Source of the DNA: Vicugna vicugna
Lineage: Eukaryota
Length of the DNA stretch: 64,000 nt
Direction: 5' to 3'
Assembly (NCBI GenBank): GCA_013265495.1
Contig: MU058009.1
Coordinates: 2,993,780 to 3,057,779 of the forward strand
In this document: positions 13,386 through 26,877 of the stretch, piece by piece
How positions within the stretch are numbered: position 1 is the stretch's first letter
How the letters are laid out: every line of letters begins with the position of its first letter
Program-made: the position numbers and the translations under genes
Notes under the pieces: model-generated
What the model saw: the letters and a program-made list of their open reading frames with translations, nothing else
Database searches by the model: none
Told to the model about the DNA's origin: nothing

Positions 13386-14504
13386 CCTCTAAGCTGCCCG
13401 CTCTGCCTTGTCACTGCTGTGCTCAGTCTTATTCCTGGTTCTTACTTCTCGAAGGGTGGAAAGTTCTCCTGTTTTAATCTCCAAATTTGAAGTGTAACTT
13501 AAAGAGCCCCAGGGAAAACAAATCAACTGCAGTGCTTCCCATCAAGGCTACAAAATCCACCCCAGAGTTAATGGGACAGTTATTGTATATAAAATGCTAC
13601 CCTGATTAAAAACACGTTTATTGAGGATTAGCAAGTCTAACAACCATACGTCTCCTTCACGGTCGTCAACATCTTCAAATATGTTTCCAATAACAATGTA
13701 ATTATTTATATAATAATAGCCTGAGTGAAATAGAATTAAATGCACACTTGGTGAGCGTGGATTTCAGTCTTTAGCACACAGAAAGCCTGGGATTGTGGGG
13801 TTGGGGGCAGCAGGAACAACAAAGGTCTCTTTAGAAGAAGAGCAGGCACAGGAGCAGGGGAGAAGTAGGCAAGACCCCCCACTTCTGCCCACTGTGCCCC
13901 AGACCTGCCTGGGCCTCGTTGGCTTCACACGTGGTGTCCACGCCGTCTTCCGCCGCATTTCCAGCTGCACCTAAAGAATCTCCTGGGCGAGTGTCAAGGC
14001 AGAAGAAGCAATGTGGCTGAGCCAGCAGACTGGGCTCCCCCGCCAGCCTAGGTGGCTTGCCAGCCTTTGCCCTGCCCCAGCCAACTCTCTGAGTTGCTGT
14101 TGAAATGATATAAATAGGAGGAATTACATACTAGTATCATTTTGTGGGAACAGGGTTTAACAACCACCACTGAACTGTTGGAATTCCAGCTGTCACTGTG
14201 ATCTTAGGGGACATTATTTAGCGTACACTGAGATGAAATTGATGGCATATTAGGCTGTTTGACAGATGGTGTTTTCTATACCAGATGTGACCACGTGGTC
14301 TTAATCATGCTCTCCCATGTGTCAGGCCTTACATTATTGTTTACTCTTTCACCCATAAAACCCGTATTTATTGAGTGCTAACTAATTGCCAGGCATGGAG
14401 TAGGTGTTATAAGTGAATATACATGAAGGATGGAATAAGCCACACCCTGCGATGTGATTTTAGGGTGTGGGGGAAATATCTTGGACTAAACTATCCCATT
14501 ACTT

Positions 14505-14640
14505 TTTATTTCACTTATTCAACAAATATTTATTGAAATCTTCATAAGTACTAGGAATGAGTCTAGATGCCAGGTCTATGGCAGGGAACAAAACAAATTC
14601 TTGCCCTCATGGGGACATACATTCTTGATAACTGAAATTA
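14505..14640 (-). mobile_element. L2 3' terminal fragment
   Basis: attcaacaaatatttattga...aacaaaaca...ttgccctcatgg...acattct. Confidence 0.75.
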
Positions 14641-14699
14641 GTTTATAGAGGAGAAAATGTTCCATTGCCCAATAAGGAGTAAGCCTTGAAAAGATCTCC

Positions 14700-16288
14700 A
14701 TGTTAGAAAGAAAAAAGTAAAACTATCTCTGTTTGCAGATGACATGATCTTACACATAGATAATCTTAAAGTATGCACAAAAAACCCATTAGAGCTCACA
14801 AATGAATTCAGCAAGGTTGCAGGATACAAGATCAAAATATAGAAATCTTTTATGTTTTTATACATTAGCAATGAATGATCCAAAAATAAAGTTAAGAAAA
14901 CAATTCCATTTACAGAAGCATCAAAACATAATAAAACACTTAGGAATAAACATGACAAAAGAAGTTCAAGATTTGTACATTGAAAACTATGAAACATTAT
15001 TGAAAGAAATTAAACATTACCTAAATAAATGGAAAGACACTTTGCATTTATGAATTGGCAGACTTAATATTGCTAAGATGGCAACAGTCCCCAAACTGGT
15101 CTGCAGAGTCAATGTAATTCCTATCAAAATCTCAGCTGCTTTTTTTTTTTTTTTTTCAGCAATTGGCAAGTTGTTCCTATAATTCATATGTAAATACAAG
15201 AGACCCAGAATATCCCAGACAATCTGGGATACAAAGCAAAAGAACAAAGTTGGAGTATTCATACTTCTCAATTTATAAATATCTGACAAAGTTTCAGTGG
15301 TGATGATTGTATGGTATTGGCATAAGGAGAGACATATATATCAAAGGAATAGAATTGAAAGTCCAGAAATTAACAGTTACACTTATGGTCAGTTGATTTG
15401 TAACAAGAGTGCCAAGACAGTTGAATGGGGAATGAATAATCTTTTCAACAAACAGTGCTGGAGGAATGGGATATCACCATGCAAAAGACTGAATTTGGAT
15501 CCCTACCTCACATCATATATACCAACATTAACTAAAACGGGATCATAGTCATAATGTAAGACTTTTAGAGAAAATACAGCCATTTTGGATTAGACAGTAG
15601 TGGTTCCTAACATGTGACACCTAAAAACCAAGCAACCAAAGGAAAAATAAATTGGACTTCTTCATCAAAATTATGAACTTTTGTGCTTCAAAAGTCACAA
15701 TCAAGAAAGTGAAAAGACAACCCACAGAATGCTAGAATATATTTGCAAATCATGTATTTGCTAAGGATCTAGTATCTGAAATAAAAAACCCCAACAACTT
15801 ACAACTTAACAATAAGAAAGACAAGTAGCCCAATTCAAAAATGAGCAACTGACTCAAATAGACATATTATCTAAAGAAGATATGCAACTGGCCAATAAGC
15901 AAAGAAAAAGATGCTTAATGTCATTAGTTATTAGGGAAGTGGAATTCAAATGCACAGTGAGGTATCATCACTTCACACCCACTAGGGTGGGTATAATAAA
16001 AACCGTGGAGAATCACAAGTGTTGGTGAGGATGTGGAGAAATTGGAACCCTCATATCTTTCTGGTGGGATTGTAAACTGGTGCAGCCCCTTTGGAAACAG
16101 TTTGTTAATTCCCCCCAAGTTAAACATAGAGTTACCATATAATCCAGCAATTCCACTCTTAGGTGTATAGGCAAGAGAATTGAAAACAGGTATCTACACA
16201 AAAACACGCACATGAATGTTCACATCAGCATCATTCATAATAGCCCTAAATGGGAATGACTCAAGTGTTCAAAAACTGATGAATGGAT
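14700..16288 (+). mobile_element. Old L1 ORF2 fragment (RT to C-terminal region), frameshifted and internally deleted
   Basis: ctgtttgcagatgacatgatc (LFADDMI); ORF pieces WYWHKERHIYQRNRIESPEINSYTYGQLI and [26 protein letters not shown]. Confidence 0.95.
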
Positions 16289-16413
16289 CAGTTTCTTCTG
16301 TTTTGTAAATAAGTTCATTGGTGTCTTCTTTTTTCTTTTTTTAGATTCCACATTTGAGTGATAACATATGGTATTTTTCTCTTTCTGGCTTACTTCACTT
16401 AGAATGATGATCT
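16289..16413 (-). mobile_element. Short inverted L1 fragment (ORF2 end/3'UTR start)
   Basis: Minus strand encodes IILSEVSQKEK followed by tgtggaatctaaaaaaa...aatgaacttatttacaaaacaga. Confidence 0.85.
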
Positions 16414-16659
16414 TTTTTAAAGTAATTATTACCAAGTAAGATCAACAGGAAATGAAGTTCTGTTACAAAATCAGGAGGCAATGACAATAACAGATTTTAC
16501 TCTGCTGTATAAACTAAGGCAAAAACTGGGGTCAAAAAGTGGGGGCCAGGAAAAGCCATTCAACTAGGGGAACAGGTGAGCCAGTCCCCCCTGCAATCAA
16601 GCACTAAGTGCAGGGCTGGTCCATGTGCCCTTTATCTCTCAAGTTCTCAAAGAATGTGA

Positions 16660-16905
16660 TAGTCGTTAACATATTTTAGTGCTTCCTGTATGGCAGGCAT
16701 TGTGCTAAAAGGTGTGCTGGTTTTCTATCATTTCATTTTCACGACAATTTTATGAGGTAGATTGGATTATTTTCCTTTCACAGATGAAGAAACGGAGGCA
16801 CAAAAAAGTATCTTGCTCAAGGTCAACAGTTAGCGAGTGACGGAGAATGATTTCCAACCCAGGCGGTGTAACTGCAGACCAGCATTCTTTTAACTGCTGT
16901 ACACC
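16660..16905 (-). mobile_element. MIR SINE, near full length
   Basis: ggcaggcattgtgctaa...tatgaggtag...tttcacagatgaagaaacggaggcaca...cttgctcaaggtca...aacccagg. Confidence 0.85.
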
Positions 16906-17136
16906 ACCTCCTCCTGTGCTGGGATTCCAAGTCGTGACGTTGTGAATTGAGCCTCTTGTGAGCATCCCTCCGAAAACTATGGAGTAAGATGAAGGCTGAG
17001 AGTGGGGTCAGTGGTTTATCATCAGTGGAGGAAGGATCATTTCTTAAACCATGTCATGGCTTTGCAAGAGGATTCCTTTTGGTGAGGAAGATGGCTTAGG
17101 TGGAGTTGACTCAGCCGTTGGGAGGGGTCCTGCAGA

Positions 17137-17287
17137 ACCTAGACCCCATCCCCTGTGTCCTCCTTAGTTGGTGGCAAGCCAGGCACAGGACCTAGACCCC
17201 AACCCCTGTGTCCTCCTTAGTTGGTGGCAAGCCAGGCACAGGACCTAGACCCCATCCCCTGTGTCCTCCTTAGTTGGTGGCAAGCCA
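17137..17287. repeat. 53-bp minisatellite, ~2.8 copies
   Basis: Unit acctagacccca(t/a)cccctgtgtcctccttagttggtggcaagccaggcacagg starts at 17137, 17190 and 17243. Confidence 0.95.
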
Positions 17288-17984
17288 CAGTGTCAGTCTT
17301 CAGAGCCTTGGTTTGCTATGGTGGTCTGCTCCTTGGTTCTCATTTGGTTGCTGGGCACAGAGAAAACAAACAAAGACGGTAAGGGAAGAACGGGGTCCTT
17401 TTAGAGAGGGTGCTGAGGGATGTTCCGGGAGGGCACTTATCACTCTGTCTGTGATTCAGAGGCGAAACGAGTCAACGAGCACCCACTGACATGGGAGAGC
17501 AGGCCTGAGCGAAGCTATGGTGACCCCACTCTCCACGGCTAAGTTCCCAGGCTTTGGTTTATGAGCGGTAACTTCCTCCATGAGGTTTGTCTTTTCATTT
17601 TATTGGAGAAAGACTCCTCATAAAGTTCTCCTCCAGACCATCAAAACTCCCTTAAACTCTTGGGAACTACATTCCACCTGGATGCCTCGTGGTTTCCTTG
17701 CTCCACCACCCAATGTATCTTCTTCCCTGTCCTATTAGTAATTCCATTTCAATCTCCCTCTCTGTCCACTCGGTCCCAACTAGTGATCCCAAGAAGCTTT
17801 GCTTTTCTGGAGCTGCCATTTTGAAAATGTTGCTTCCGACTCTGGGAACTGCTTTATGGGCAAGACAGGCCACCTGTCCATTTATCCATAAGATGGGGTA
17901 AGATCTATGAGTTACTGGAGAGTTTTGATCTCCTTTAGTTAGACCTACCTCCCAACCAAAATAAGGATTTGTCCCAGTGTTCAT

Positions 17985-18300
17985 GTCATGTGGTCGTCTC
18001 CTGGCTGTTTAAACACCTCTGGTGACATGGAACTACCTGTTCAACTTTTGGGAAATTCTGTCCAGAGACTTTTTTGTTATAACGTAGTGTGATATCTACC
18101 CATTGGTCCCATTTCTGCTCTCATTCATGTGACAAGTCTTTAAGATCTCTTTCATGACTTTTGCCCCATTATCCACCCCAAGACATTATCCACTTTCTTT
18201 ATTGAAGCTACATGTATCATCAGCACCTCTCTTGAAGGGTCATGTCTGGAAGTGATGAAGACATGCCCCAGGTGTGGTCCAGCAACACCAAGGAAGAGGC
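17985..18300 (-). mobile_element. CR1/L3 LINE fragment
   Basis: tttaaacacctctggtgacatggaactac...ctacccattggtccc...ttctgctct...ccaggtgtggtc resembles reverse L3. Confidence 0.5.
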
Positions 18301-20609
18301 AGAGGAACAGAGGATGTGGACTCCGTGTTTCATCCCCTAAGAATCTGTTAGTTTTTTGTTTGGTAGCCTAATCCCTGTGTTCAACTTTCAGGAAATCTTG
18401 AGGCCTTAAGTTTATCTTACTTCGGCTGCTATTCAGATGTATTTCCTCTATGGTCCAACAATAGGACTGTAAGGGGACCAAGTAGAGTGGTCCTCTTTAG
18501 TAGTGAGTCGTTCTCTGGGTTGTGACCACCTGTGCTGTCTGTGAAGAGGACTTGCTGGACGTGAGGAGCCTTCCTTCCCTGTGCTGTCATGAGGTTGACT
18601 TCACTACTTGGTAAAGGAACCTGAGTGGACCCTTGACCAAGGCGAAGGGACTGGGGCAATAGAAGGAAGACTATTGCTTCATTAGATCCTTAGCAGTATG
18701 AGACCTGGGTACTTGAACTGGGTATGAAATTCAGGATAGAATTTGTCAAAGAAGCCAGAGGAAGAATGTCTACAGTCAGGGATGTATGGAACCCAGCAGC
18801 TGCATCTCCACTTGTTGGCATATGGGGAAGGCAGTTAGACATGGTATCGCCTCTCTGAGCTCATGCTGTGTAACCTGTGAGCACTGAGTGTACCATTTGT
18901 AGACCTTGATAAATTCGCATCCCTGAACCAAAGGCATTTATTTGTATTGCAATCGGAAGAAACATCTAAAGCATTCTGACCTGACAGCACAACTTATTAC
19001 TGAGAAGCAATGGGGGAAAGAACCACAGGGATGTGTTCCTAAGGCGCCCTTCGTGAAGTTTCCTCAAAGGCGAGGAGACCCTCTTTTCTCCCCGTAATCC
19101 TCTCGGCATCCGTCGGTCAGAGATTAGGAGGCTTGTTGCTCACAAACTCAAAACAGGGATGGATGCCATCTTCTGATCCTGAGGAGGTGGAACTCAGGGT
19201 GAAACAGAGCGTGCAGGGCCGCCAGACTGGCCCCTTGGTCAGAGGGAAAAGCACTAGTGAGAGGAGTGGAGGGGGAGCATCTTGCCTGTTTGGTCCCCTC
19301 ATTGCCCCTGCTGTGTGGCAGACAGGCTGCAGGACCCACACTGGGGCTTGACACTGAGGGGCAGAGGGCACATAAGAGGTTGCCTGGCATCTCCAGACCT
19401 TGGCCTTAAGTAGGAATGCCAAAAGGACTTGGGTCTCTTGCCTGTGGGCTAGTCCGGCTCCCTAGGCTGAAGTCTTTGGCAATATTAAGGGATCCCTTTG
19501 TCCTGACAGCATCCCTGTCTAACTGGTCCTTGAGGAACTTAGCAGGGATGGTGCCCAGCAAGAATTTCAGAGACCTCACCATCTCTCATCTTTATGGCTA
19601 AAGCCTGGCTCTAGAACCATCTTTCAGGTCACCTAAGGACCTGCATTCCTAGCACAGTGGCTGGCACCTATTTGGCACTAAACCTACATGAACTCTTTTT
19701 ATAATTAAAAATCAAATTGGTTTCCCCAAACAGGGTTAACCATCCTCAAACATTCTGAATCTAGAGGACCCGAAATTCTTTGGGTCTGTGTGAATCACCA
19801 CTGAGGAGCTATACAGAAACCGATTTTGTTATTCTTGTTCCTGACAGATAGCCAAGCACAAAGTGACTTCCTGAAAACCCCCACAGAGCATTAGCAGAGG
19901 CCCTGGGAAAAGAACTGGGGGCCCTGCCTCGTCCTTTGCTATGTTAGGCAGCAAACCCTGCTTTCCTCCGCCAGGAACAGCAACCCGGCGATGCTCCGGC
20001 TGCCAGATACTAGCTTCCCTGCCGAGTCAGGCAGGGTTGGAAGGCAGATGTCAGCCAAGTAGGGCTCGACTTGAGTCATATCCTGGGAAATGTGTGTCAG
20101 CAGCAGGTGAAAGACATTCAGTCTCACACAGACTACGCACCAGATGAAAGGCGAGGAGCACGGCAGCCCTCAGCTTTACCCTCGTGCCCAAGCCCACTTT
20201 CTGTGTCGTCGAGAGACACCCCGCGAGGCTGTAGGACAGAATGCAGAGCAGTCCTGGGGGCTGGGAATTAGCATGTGGGGGGAGGGGGCTGGTGAGTGCT
20301 GACACTGGGGTCCAGCTTCCCCCAGTCGTGGACTCTGAGGCACAAAAGGGGCAATAGCTGCCCAACGAGGTGAATGTCCTGAAAGCTGCTGAAACGTACA
20401 CGCAGAAGTGACGAAGACGGCAAACCTTACGTGCTGTGCGTTTTCCCACAATTAAGAGGAACAAGCAGACAGCATAGACAGTAAAGTATTAAACAATGTT
20501 AACAACAACAAGGCAACAATCTTTCCCCAGTTCTTTTTTTTCTAAATGCGAGTTTCTTTATTCTTGTGTTATTGCTATTACACGAATGATGTGCATGTTC
20601 TTTCAATTT

Positions 20610-21415
20610 GCTTTTGTTTTTTTAAACCTATTTTTATATATAGTGGCTAACATTTGCAAATGTCAGACTCCCAAATTTATCCCTTCCTGCCCCCTTTCCC
20701 TCTGGTAACCATAAAGTTGTTTACTATGTCTGTGAGTCTGTTTCTGTTCTGCAGATGAGGTCGTAGTGTCCTCTTTGTTTCTTTATTTAGATTCCACGTA
20801 TGAGCAATATCATATGATATTTTTCTTTCTCTTTCTGGCTCACTTCACTTAGAATGACAATCTCTAGGTCCATCCATGCTGCTGCAAATGGCATTATTTT
20901 ATTCTTTTTTATGGCTGAGTAGTATTCCATTGTGTAAATATAGTACAGCTTCTTTATCCAGTCCTCTGTTGATGGACGTTTAGGTTGCTCCCATGTCTTG
21001 GCTGTTGTATATAGTGCTGCTATGAACTTTGGGGTGCATGCATCTTTTTGAATTCGAGTTTTCTCCAGATATATGCCCAGGAGTGGGATTGTTGGGTCAT
21101 AGGCTAAGTCCATGTTTAGTTTTTTGAGGACTCTTCATATTGTTCAGTGGCTGCACCAATTTACATTCCCACCAGCAGTGTAGGAGGGTTGCCTTTTCTC
21201 CGCACCCTCTCCTGGATTTATCATTCGTGGACTTTTTAATGATGGCCAGCCTGACTGGTGTGAGATGATACCTTGTATTTTTGATTTGCATTTCTCTGAT
21301 AATTAGCAATATTGAGCATTTTTTTCATATGCTTGTTAGCCATTTGTGTGTCTTCACTGGAAAAATGCTTGTTTAGGTCGTCTGCCCATTTCTGGATTGA
21401 GTTTTGTTTTTTTTT
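20610..21415 (-). mobile_element. Relatively young L1, 3' ~0.8 kb
   Basis: ORFs 21097-21309 and 20787-21113 give the ORF2 C-terminus ([31 protein letters not shown]...MEYYSAIKKNKIMPFAAAWMDLEIVILSEVSQ). Confidence 0.95.
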
Positions 21416-22134
21416 TTGAAGCAAGAGCAGTGCAATAGGGAACAAAACAGCTCCCTCTCAAGCTGAACTTGAGGACCCAGTGGGACAGCGTGTGTGCAGG
21501 CACAGGGCACAGTGAGACTCCAATCCTGGTCTGCTCGACTCCAAATCTTTACTTTCTTTCTGTGCTGCCCCTGGGTTTCCATAGAAACAGCAAAGAGTGT
21601 TGATAGATGCCTGCGTGTCCCACGATAACCTCTGTGGCTGCTCGCAGGGACGATTCTTTGGCCTGTGCCTGCCCCCTCTTAGCTCCTGCCTGTGTCTCGT
21701 AAGCTCATGGGACAGGGCTTTGCTGGCATGCTCACCGCTGGACACTTGCTGCCAAGAGCACAGCTTGGCGCAGAATAGGTGCTCATAGATACTTACTGAA
21801 CGAGAGAATGAAGAACTGATCTCCTAGTGACTCCGCCTTCTCCAGCGCTCAGGGGCTGGCCTGTCGGTCCACCTTGTCCTGCTGTCCAAGGACACATAGC
21901 AGCTTTCAACTGCAACGCATGATTCAGACCCCACAGTCCTCCTTCTTAATGTCAGTTTCTCGGTAATGCTATTAGCGCTCCGTAAACTTACTCAATTCCC
22001 TCAAACGTGCCAGTCCTTTCATAGCCCACGTGACCTTCTTTAAGCAGCTCCAGGGAACCACAGGCTGTGCTGTTCACCCAGGGGAACAGACGTGGGGGAT
22101 TCTGATCACCGTGACGAGGGACAAATAGCAGTTA

Positions 22135-22285
22135 TGGTGCAGTTAAGATGCTGTAGGCATCGTGCTAGGAACTTTCCACACATGACCCACTGTAATCCTC
22201 GCAATAGCCTTTGACATAATCCTCCCACTTCACAGATGAGAGAAACTGAGACTGAGTGATTCAGTGAAATGGCCAAAGTCTTTCT
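22135..22285 (-). mobile_element. MIR fragment
   Basis: aggcatcgtgctagg...taatcctcgcaatagcc...cccacttcacagatgagagaaactgagac. Confidence 0.75.
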
Positions 22286-23724
22286 TTCTGCCTCCAAAAC
22301 TTTAAACCACTTTGTGCTTTGCCACCCTGAGTTTTTCCCCTTCTCCTCTCACAAAACTCACTGTCTTAGAATAAACCCTCCCATCACAAGAGACCCGTGA
22401 TATCACAATACCTTACGACAGCTCTCTCATCTGCACCATGAAAAGCATCCTTCTGCAGGTAGATTTGGGATAGCCAACTTGGTTGATAAGATTGTCCCAC
22501 CCTGCCCTCCCCTTCTAGGCCCCTCCACCAGCGCTGCAAGTCCTAACCCACTTCCTTCCCTTCAAAGCACACAACCCTTCCAGAAGGCCCTCAAGCTGTC
22601 TAAATTTTGGCTGGACCCCATTCAAGATCCGTATTTTACACTCAATCTGCTTCTGGATGGAGCGATTAGGATCGAGAGGATTTATGAGGCATGTTTTTCT
22701 GAAGCCTGACCTTCCTCCCCTGTGTCATCATTTATTTTTAGTTGAGTGTCTTCTGTGAACTTCAGCCCCATCCTGGGGCCTCCAGTTGTGCGACACTATC
22801 GGGTGGCCCCTCACTGCTGGAGTGGATGTTCTTGGCAATGAAAACCAGAGTCGGGGGCAAAGGGGACGTATGGGGCCTTGATGCCTCTGGCAGCTTGGGG
22901 TGAAGGGGGGTGAAGACTTTGGACCTTGTCAGCTGCCCCTCCACCGCCTGCCTGGATTTGATTTTGGTTCTCGGTGGTCAGTTTCCTCAGCATCTCCAGC
23001 GCCCAAGCCCTACCTTCCTTTGCCCCTGGCTAGCTCATCTTTTGCACTGAGTTCAACATTGGAGGTGGAGAGAGAGTGGGGTGGAGAAGTTTCAGTCCTG
23101 TATGCATTCTGTGGGAAAATCGCCTACGGGATTTAAGCCCATCTCCAGATTGCCCCTGGAATGGTTTCAGGTTGTCATAAAACCCAAGCAGCATCAGCCG
23201 ATGCCCCATCTCTTCAAGGTCAAGTGTCCCGTGAGTCTAGAGAGAGGGCATCTGTGTCCCCAGATCTGTCCAGGGACCTGCCTTCCTCACCCCGACTGGA
23301 GCCTGCAGAGCCGGGATGAAGGCACCTTCTGCAGCCTCTCCCAGGCTCGCGCTCGGCGAGGCGGGGCCGCCTGGTCCTGCCCTCCTGGCGTCACTTTGCC
23401 GTCACAGCCCACGGGGCCTGATTCTTCTTTCTCCAGACTGTTCTGTTTTGAAGTTCACAGTGTTCACTTTTTTATTTGTCTTCCTGTTTTGGGCAAGGAG
23501 AACTCTGGATTCTCATTGAAATTCCGCCAGTTAGAAAGATAGTTTTCCAATCTCTCTGAAAATGTTCAGGGTCACTCAAAGTCTTGAGAGAACTGGATAC
23601 CAGAACCTTTCAGCTGCCTGGCTGACCAAGGGGCCTGGGCAGTGAGTAAGCTGGGCTTCAGAGCTCTCACACGATTCCAGAGAGAGACCCGTGTGTCAGC
23701 CCTGGGGACCATTCTCCTTTTAAA

Positions 23725-24200
23725 TGCTTCTGTTTATTTTTAATAAAATATTTCACACGTACAAAAGTAAAATTTACTGCTTATAACATATGAAAGATGG
23801 TAAATACTCCTGGAACCATTGCCCACCTTGAGAAAGAGAAGGTCGCTGAAGTGCTGAAGCCCCCCGAGCCCTCCCCGCTGGTTTTCCCCCCTCCCCAGAG
23901 AATTTCATGTTCATGGTTTGCAAACATACTTAGTGAAATGAATCTGTCTTATGATTTTGTGTGCATTTGAAGTTTACATGCGCAGTGTCACACGGGGCAA
24001 GTTTTTGGTGCCTTTGTTTTTCGGACTCCTCTGAACTGACGCATTTAGCCGTAGGTAACTCATTCTGCTTCTGGTGGGTATTCCACCCCGTGACTATGCC
24101 ACGCTTTTTTTTTTTTACCATCCCCCTGCCCGTGTGCATTTGGTTGTTTCCTATTATGTCATCAAAGGTAATACTGCTGTATGTTTCCAGGGCATGTGGG
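23725..24200 (-). mobile_element. Ancient L1 (L1ME-like) 3' fragment
   Basis: aaaatatttcacacgtaca...tgcatttggttgtttcctattatgtcatc...aatactgctgt resembles reverse old L1 3' end. Confidence 0.5.
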
Positions 24201-24567
24201 CAAGATTCCCTCCTGGGTCCCAGCATTCCTCTGCAAGGATTCTCTTCTTCCTCAGGGACCTCCTGGCTGGCTGTTGCCCCCAGAGACGGTGATGCAGATA
24301 CAGTGGTGTGAACATCACAAGGCGCAACGCCTTCCTCGGGCCGCTCCCGGTTTGGTGGAGCAGCTAATCCCAGCATCATGCTGCTCACCCCTGGAAGCCC
24401 GGCAGAGTTCCCGGAGGTCAGCTGTCCGGTGGTGCCCTGTCTTCCACTCTCTCTGCTGGTCACTGCACCCCTGCCCTGCCTCAGAATCACTGTCTTTATC
24501 TATTTTTCCCCCTGACCCCCACCATCTTTTTGGGTCCCAGACAGTCTCTGCTTTTTAAGTCCAGTCT

Positions 24568-24710
24568 TTTTTATTTAAATTGTTTTGGGAGGGAGGGTAA
24601 TTAGGTTTATTTATTTATTAAAAAATTTTAATGGAGGCACTGGGGATTGAACCCAGGACCTTGTGCATACTGAGCATGTGCTCTGCCACTGAGCTCCACC
24701 CTCCCCGCTC
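24568..24710 (-). mobile_element. Camelid tRNA-derived SINE (Vic-1-like) with 11-bp TSD
   Basis: Reverse of ggggagggtggagctcagtggcagagcacatgctcag...gtcctgggttcaatccccagtgcctcc; TSD aagtccagtct at 24557-24567 and 24711-24721. Confidence 0.9.
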
Positions 24711-25739
24711 AAGTCCAGTCTGCCACCTGTACTCTTGATTCCACCCAGTGACCAAAGCCCCCAGCCACGCTTCATCATGCTTTTATTTTCAGTCCGCAGG
24801 TTTTCCGCAAGCCCGCCGAACATGGCAGGGCTTCCCCGTGTCCCACAAGTCCCTCAAATCTTTGGCTTTTTGTCTTAAACAACTGTCCCACCTCTGCCTT
24901 TCCTGGAAACATTTCTTTGATGCCTTTACTTACGACACCCAACATCTCTCTTCAATTGATGTCCGCCCCAGACTTGACGGAAGGTGGCCTCTCACAGCTC
25001 CCCGTGACGCCCAGTCACCAAGTGCACCAGCGTGTGCTTTCAGGGGACGTCCTCACCTCGCTGAACCCCTGCCCTCTCTGAGACGCCTCCTCTGGTTTGC
25101 ACAGTCGTGTTACTGCCCCGATTGTCCCGCCGACCTTTTCCTTGTTTGCCCTTCCCTCCTTTATAAGTTCTACTTTATGCCTTCCATGTTAGCCTGAGAA
25201 GGCTGCTGGGACCTGAGCAAAGGGTGGTAAAAAGCTGTGTGATACCATGCTCGATCTGGACCTGCAGAGACACCCATGAGGAGGCCTGGAAGGTGGCTGG
25301 GGCAGCCTAGATTTTCAGGTGGTTAAGATACTTAGAGTCAGGTGGCTGCTAATTGTGTGGTGCAGGGTGTCCCGCCCACCTCTGCCAGTGGGTGGGATTC
25401 TGGGCTTCTGTCCTTCAGTGGCCTTGGGGCCCGGCTGGAGCTGGGCATGGTTTCCAGGTTCTAGTCAAGCAGGCTGTGGGCTGAGCGTGTGACTAGGAGA
25501 TGATGCCGGGGGCGGGGGAACCAAGACCCCGCCGTAGAATTAGGCACTTAGTAGATGCATGTCCCAGTCTCAGTTAGACTTGGGCTCGAGACTGGGCAGA
25601 ACGACCCATGCAGTTTCTGGACTCAGCAGCATGGCTTATCCCATGAACTCCTGCACTGTCAGTCTCATATGGGGGACCCCAGCCCTGGTCTGCCTGCCTG
25701 TCTGTCTGTCTCTCTTTCTCTCTCTCCTTCCATCTCTCT

Positions 25740-26877
25740 TTCTCAAACTTGCAGAAAAGTTTCAAGAACACTCAAAAGGACCCCCTTTCCCGTGACTATT
25801 TAAGAGTAAGTTGGTGACGTGATGCACCATCAGCTCTGAATCCTTTAATGCGTATTTTCTGCAAACAAGGACACTTTTACATGACCCAAATACAGCCACC
25901 CAAACCAGGAAATCCTGCCATACATTACTGCCAGTTATCTCGCAGACCCCATTGGAGTTTTTCTTGTCCCAGTTAAGTCTGTTACAGCAACAGGATCTGG
26001 TGCAGAACCAGTCATATCTCCTGATCTCCTTCAGTCTGCGGCAATTCCTCAGTCTTTCCTTAACTTCACGGTCTAGACAGTTTTGAAGATAACAAGTCCA
26101 GTTATTCTGTAGCCTGTCTCTCAGTTTTGGTTTACTGATGTTTCCTTGTGATTAAATTTAAGTTGCGTATCTTCGCTAGGAATGTTCCAGAAGTGATGCT
26201 GCGTTCCTCGTGTTGTCCTACGAAAGGGCATTTGATTAAAATGTGTCCCGTGGCTGATGTTAATTTTGGTCACTGGATTAAGATGGCATCTCTCAGACCT
26301 CTCCACTGTAAAGTTACTTTTCTCCTCTTTATAATGAATATTTTACGAGAAGTTGCTTTGAGACTCTGTAAATATCCTGTTGATAGCCAAGCTTTCAATT
26401 TATTCATCAGCTTATTTACATCAGGATGAACTCATGGATTCCTGTTTCATTCAATGGATTTTTAATCTATTGCTATTCATTATTATTATTTATTTTGGTA
26501 CTAAATCGCCAAGCTGGCTTTTGTGTTCCTTTGAAATGTTCCATCATTCTTTGAAAACTGCCTCATTTTCTGGCACAAGGAGCTGTTTCAGGCTTGTCTT
26601 TTACTTTTTCTATTCTTAGAAGCAGCCATTCTTCTAAGGAACCCTGTCTTCTTTTAGTGAAAAATGGTATTGGAAACCAAATTCTGGGTGGGGGGTGAGT
26701 CTACTGCCACTGGGGTGTTGCTGCTCCCAGCGCCCTCTTGGAGGGAGGAGCTGGGGAGCACGCACCCATGTTTCGATCTCTGTTTCTCTAGGTGTTAATG
26801 CCCAGGAGCTCACATTTATATCTCTAATTCCAGCCCGTAGGGTTCGTTTCGGTTTTCCTCCTTTCCGTTTTAGTAAC
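25740..26877 (-). mobile_element. Ancient L1 (L1MC-like) 3' region, interrupted by an MLT2 LTR
   Basis: gcagaaaagtt...aaacaaggaca...gatgttaattttggtcactggattaagatgg...ctccactgtaaagttact...tggaaaccaa. Confidence 0.7.

Noticed and set aside
17137..17287. CRISPR-like repeat array
   Set aside because: Eukaryotic context and no unique spacers; it is a plain minisatellite.
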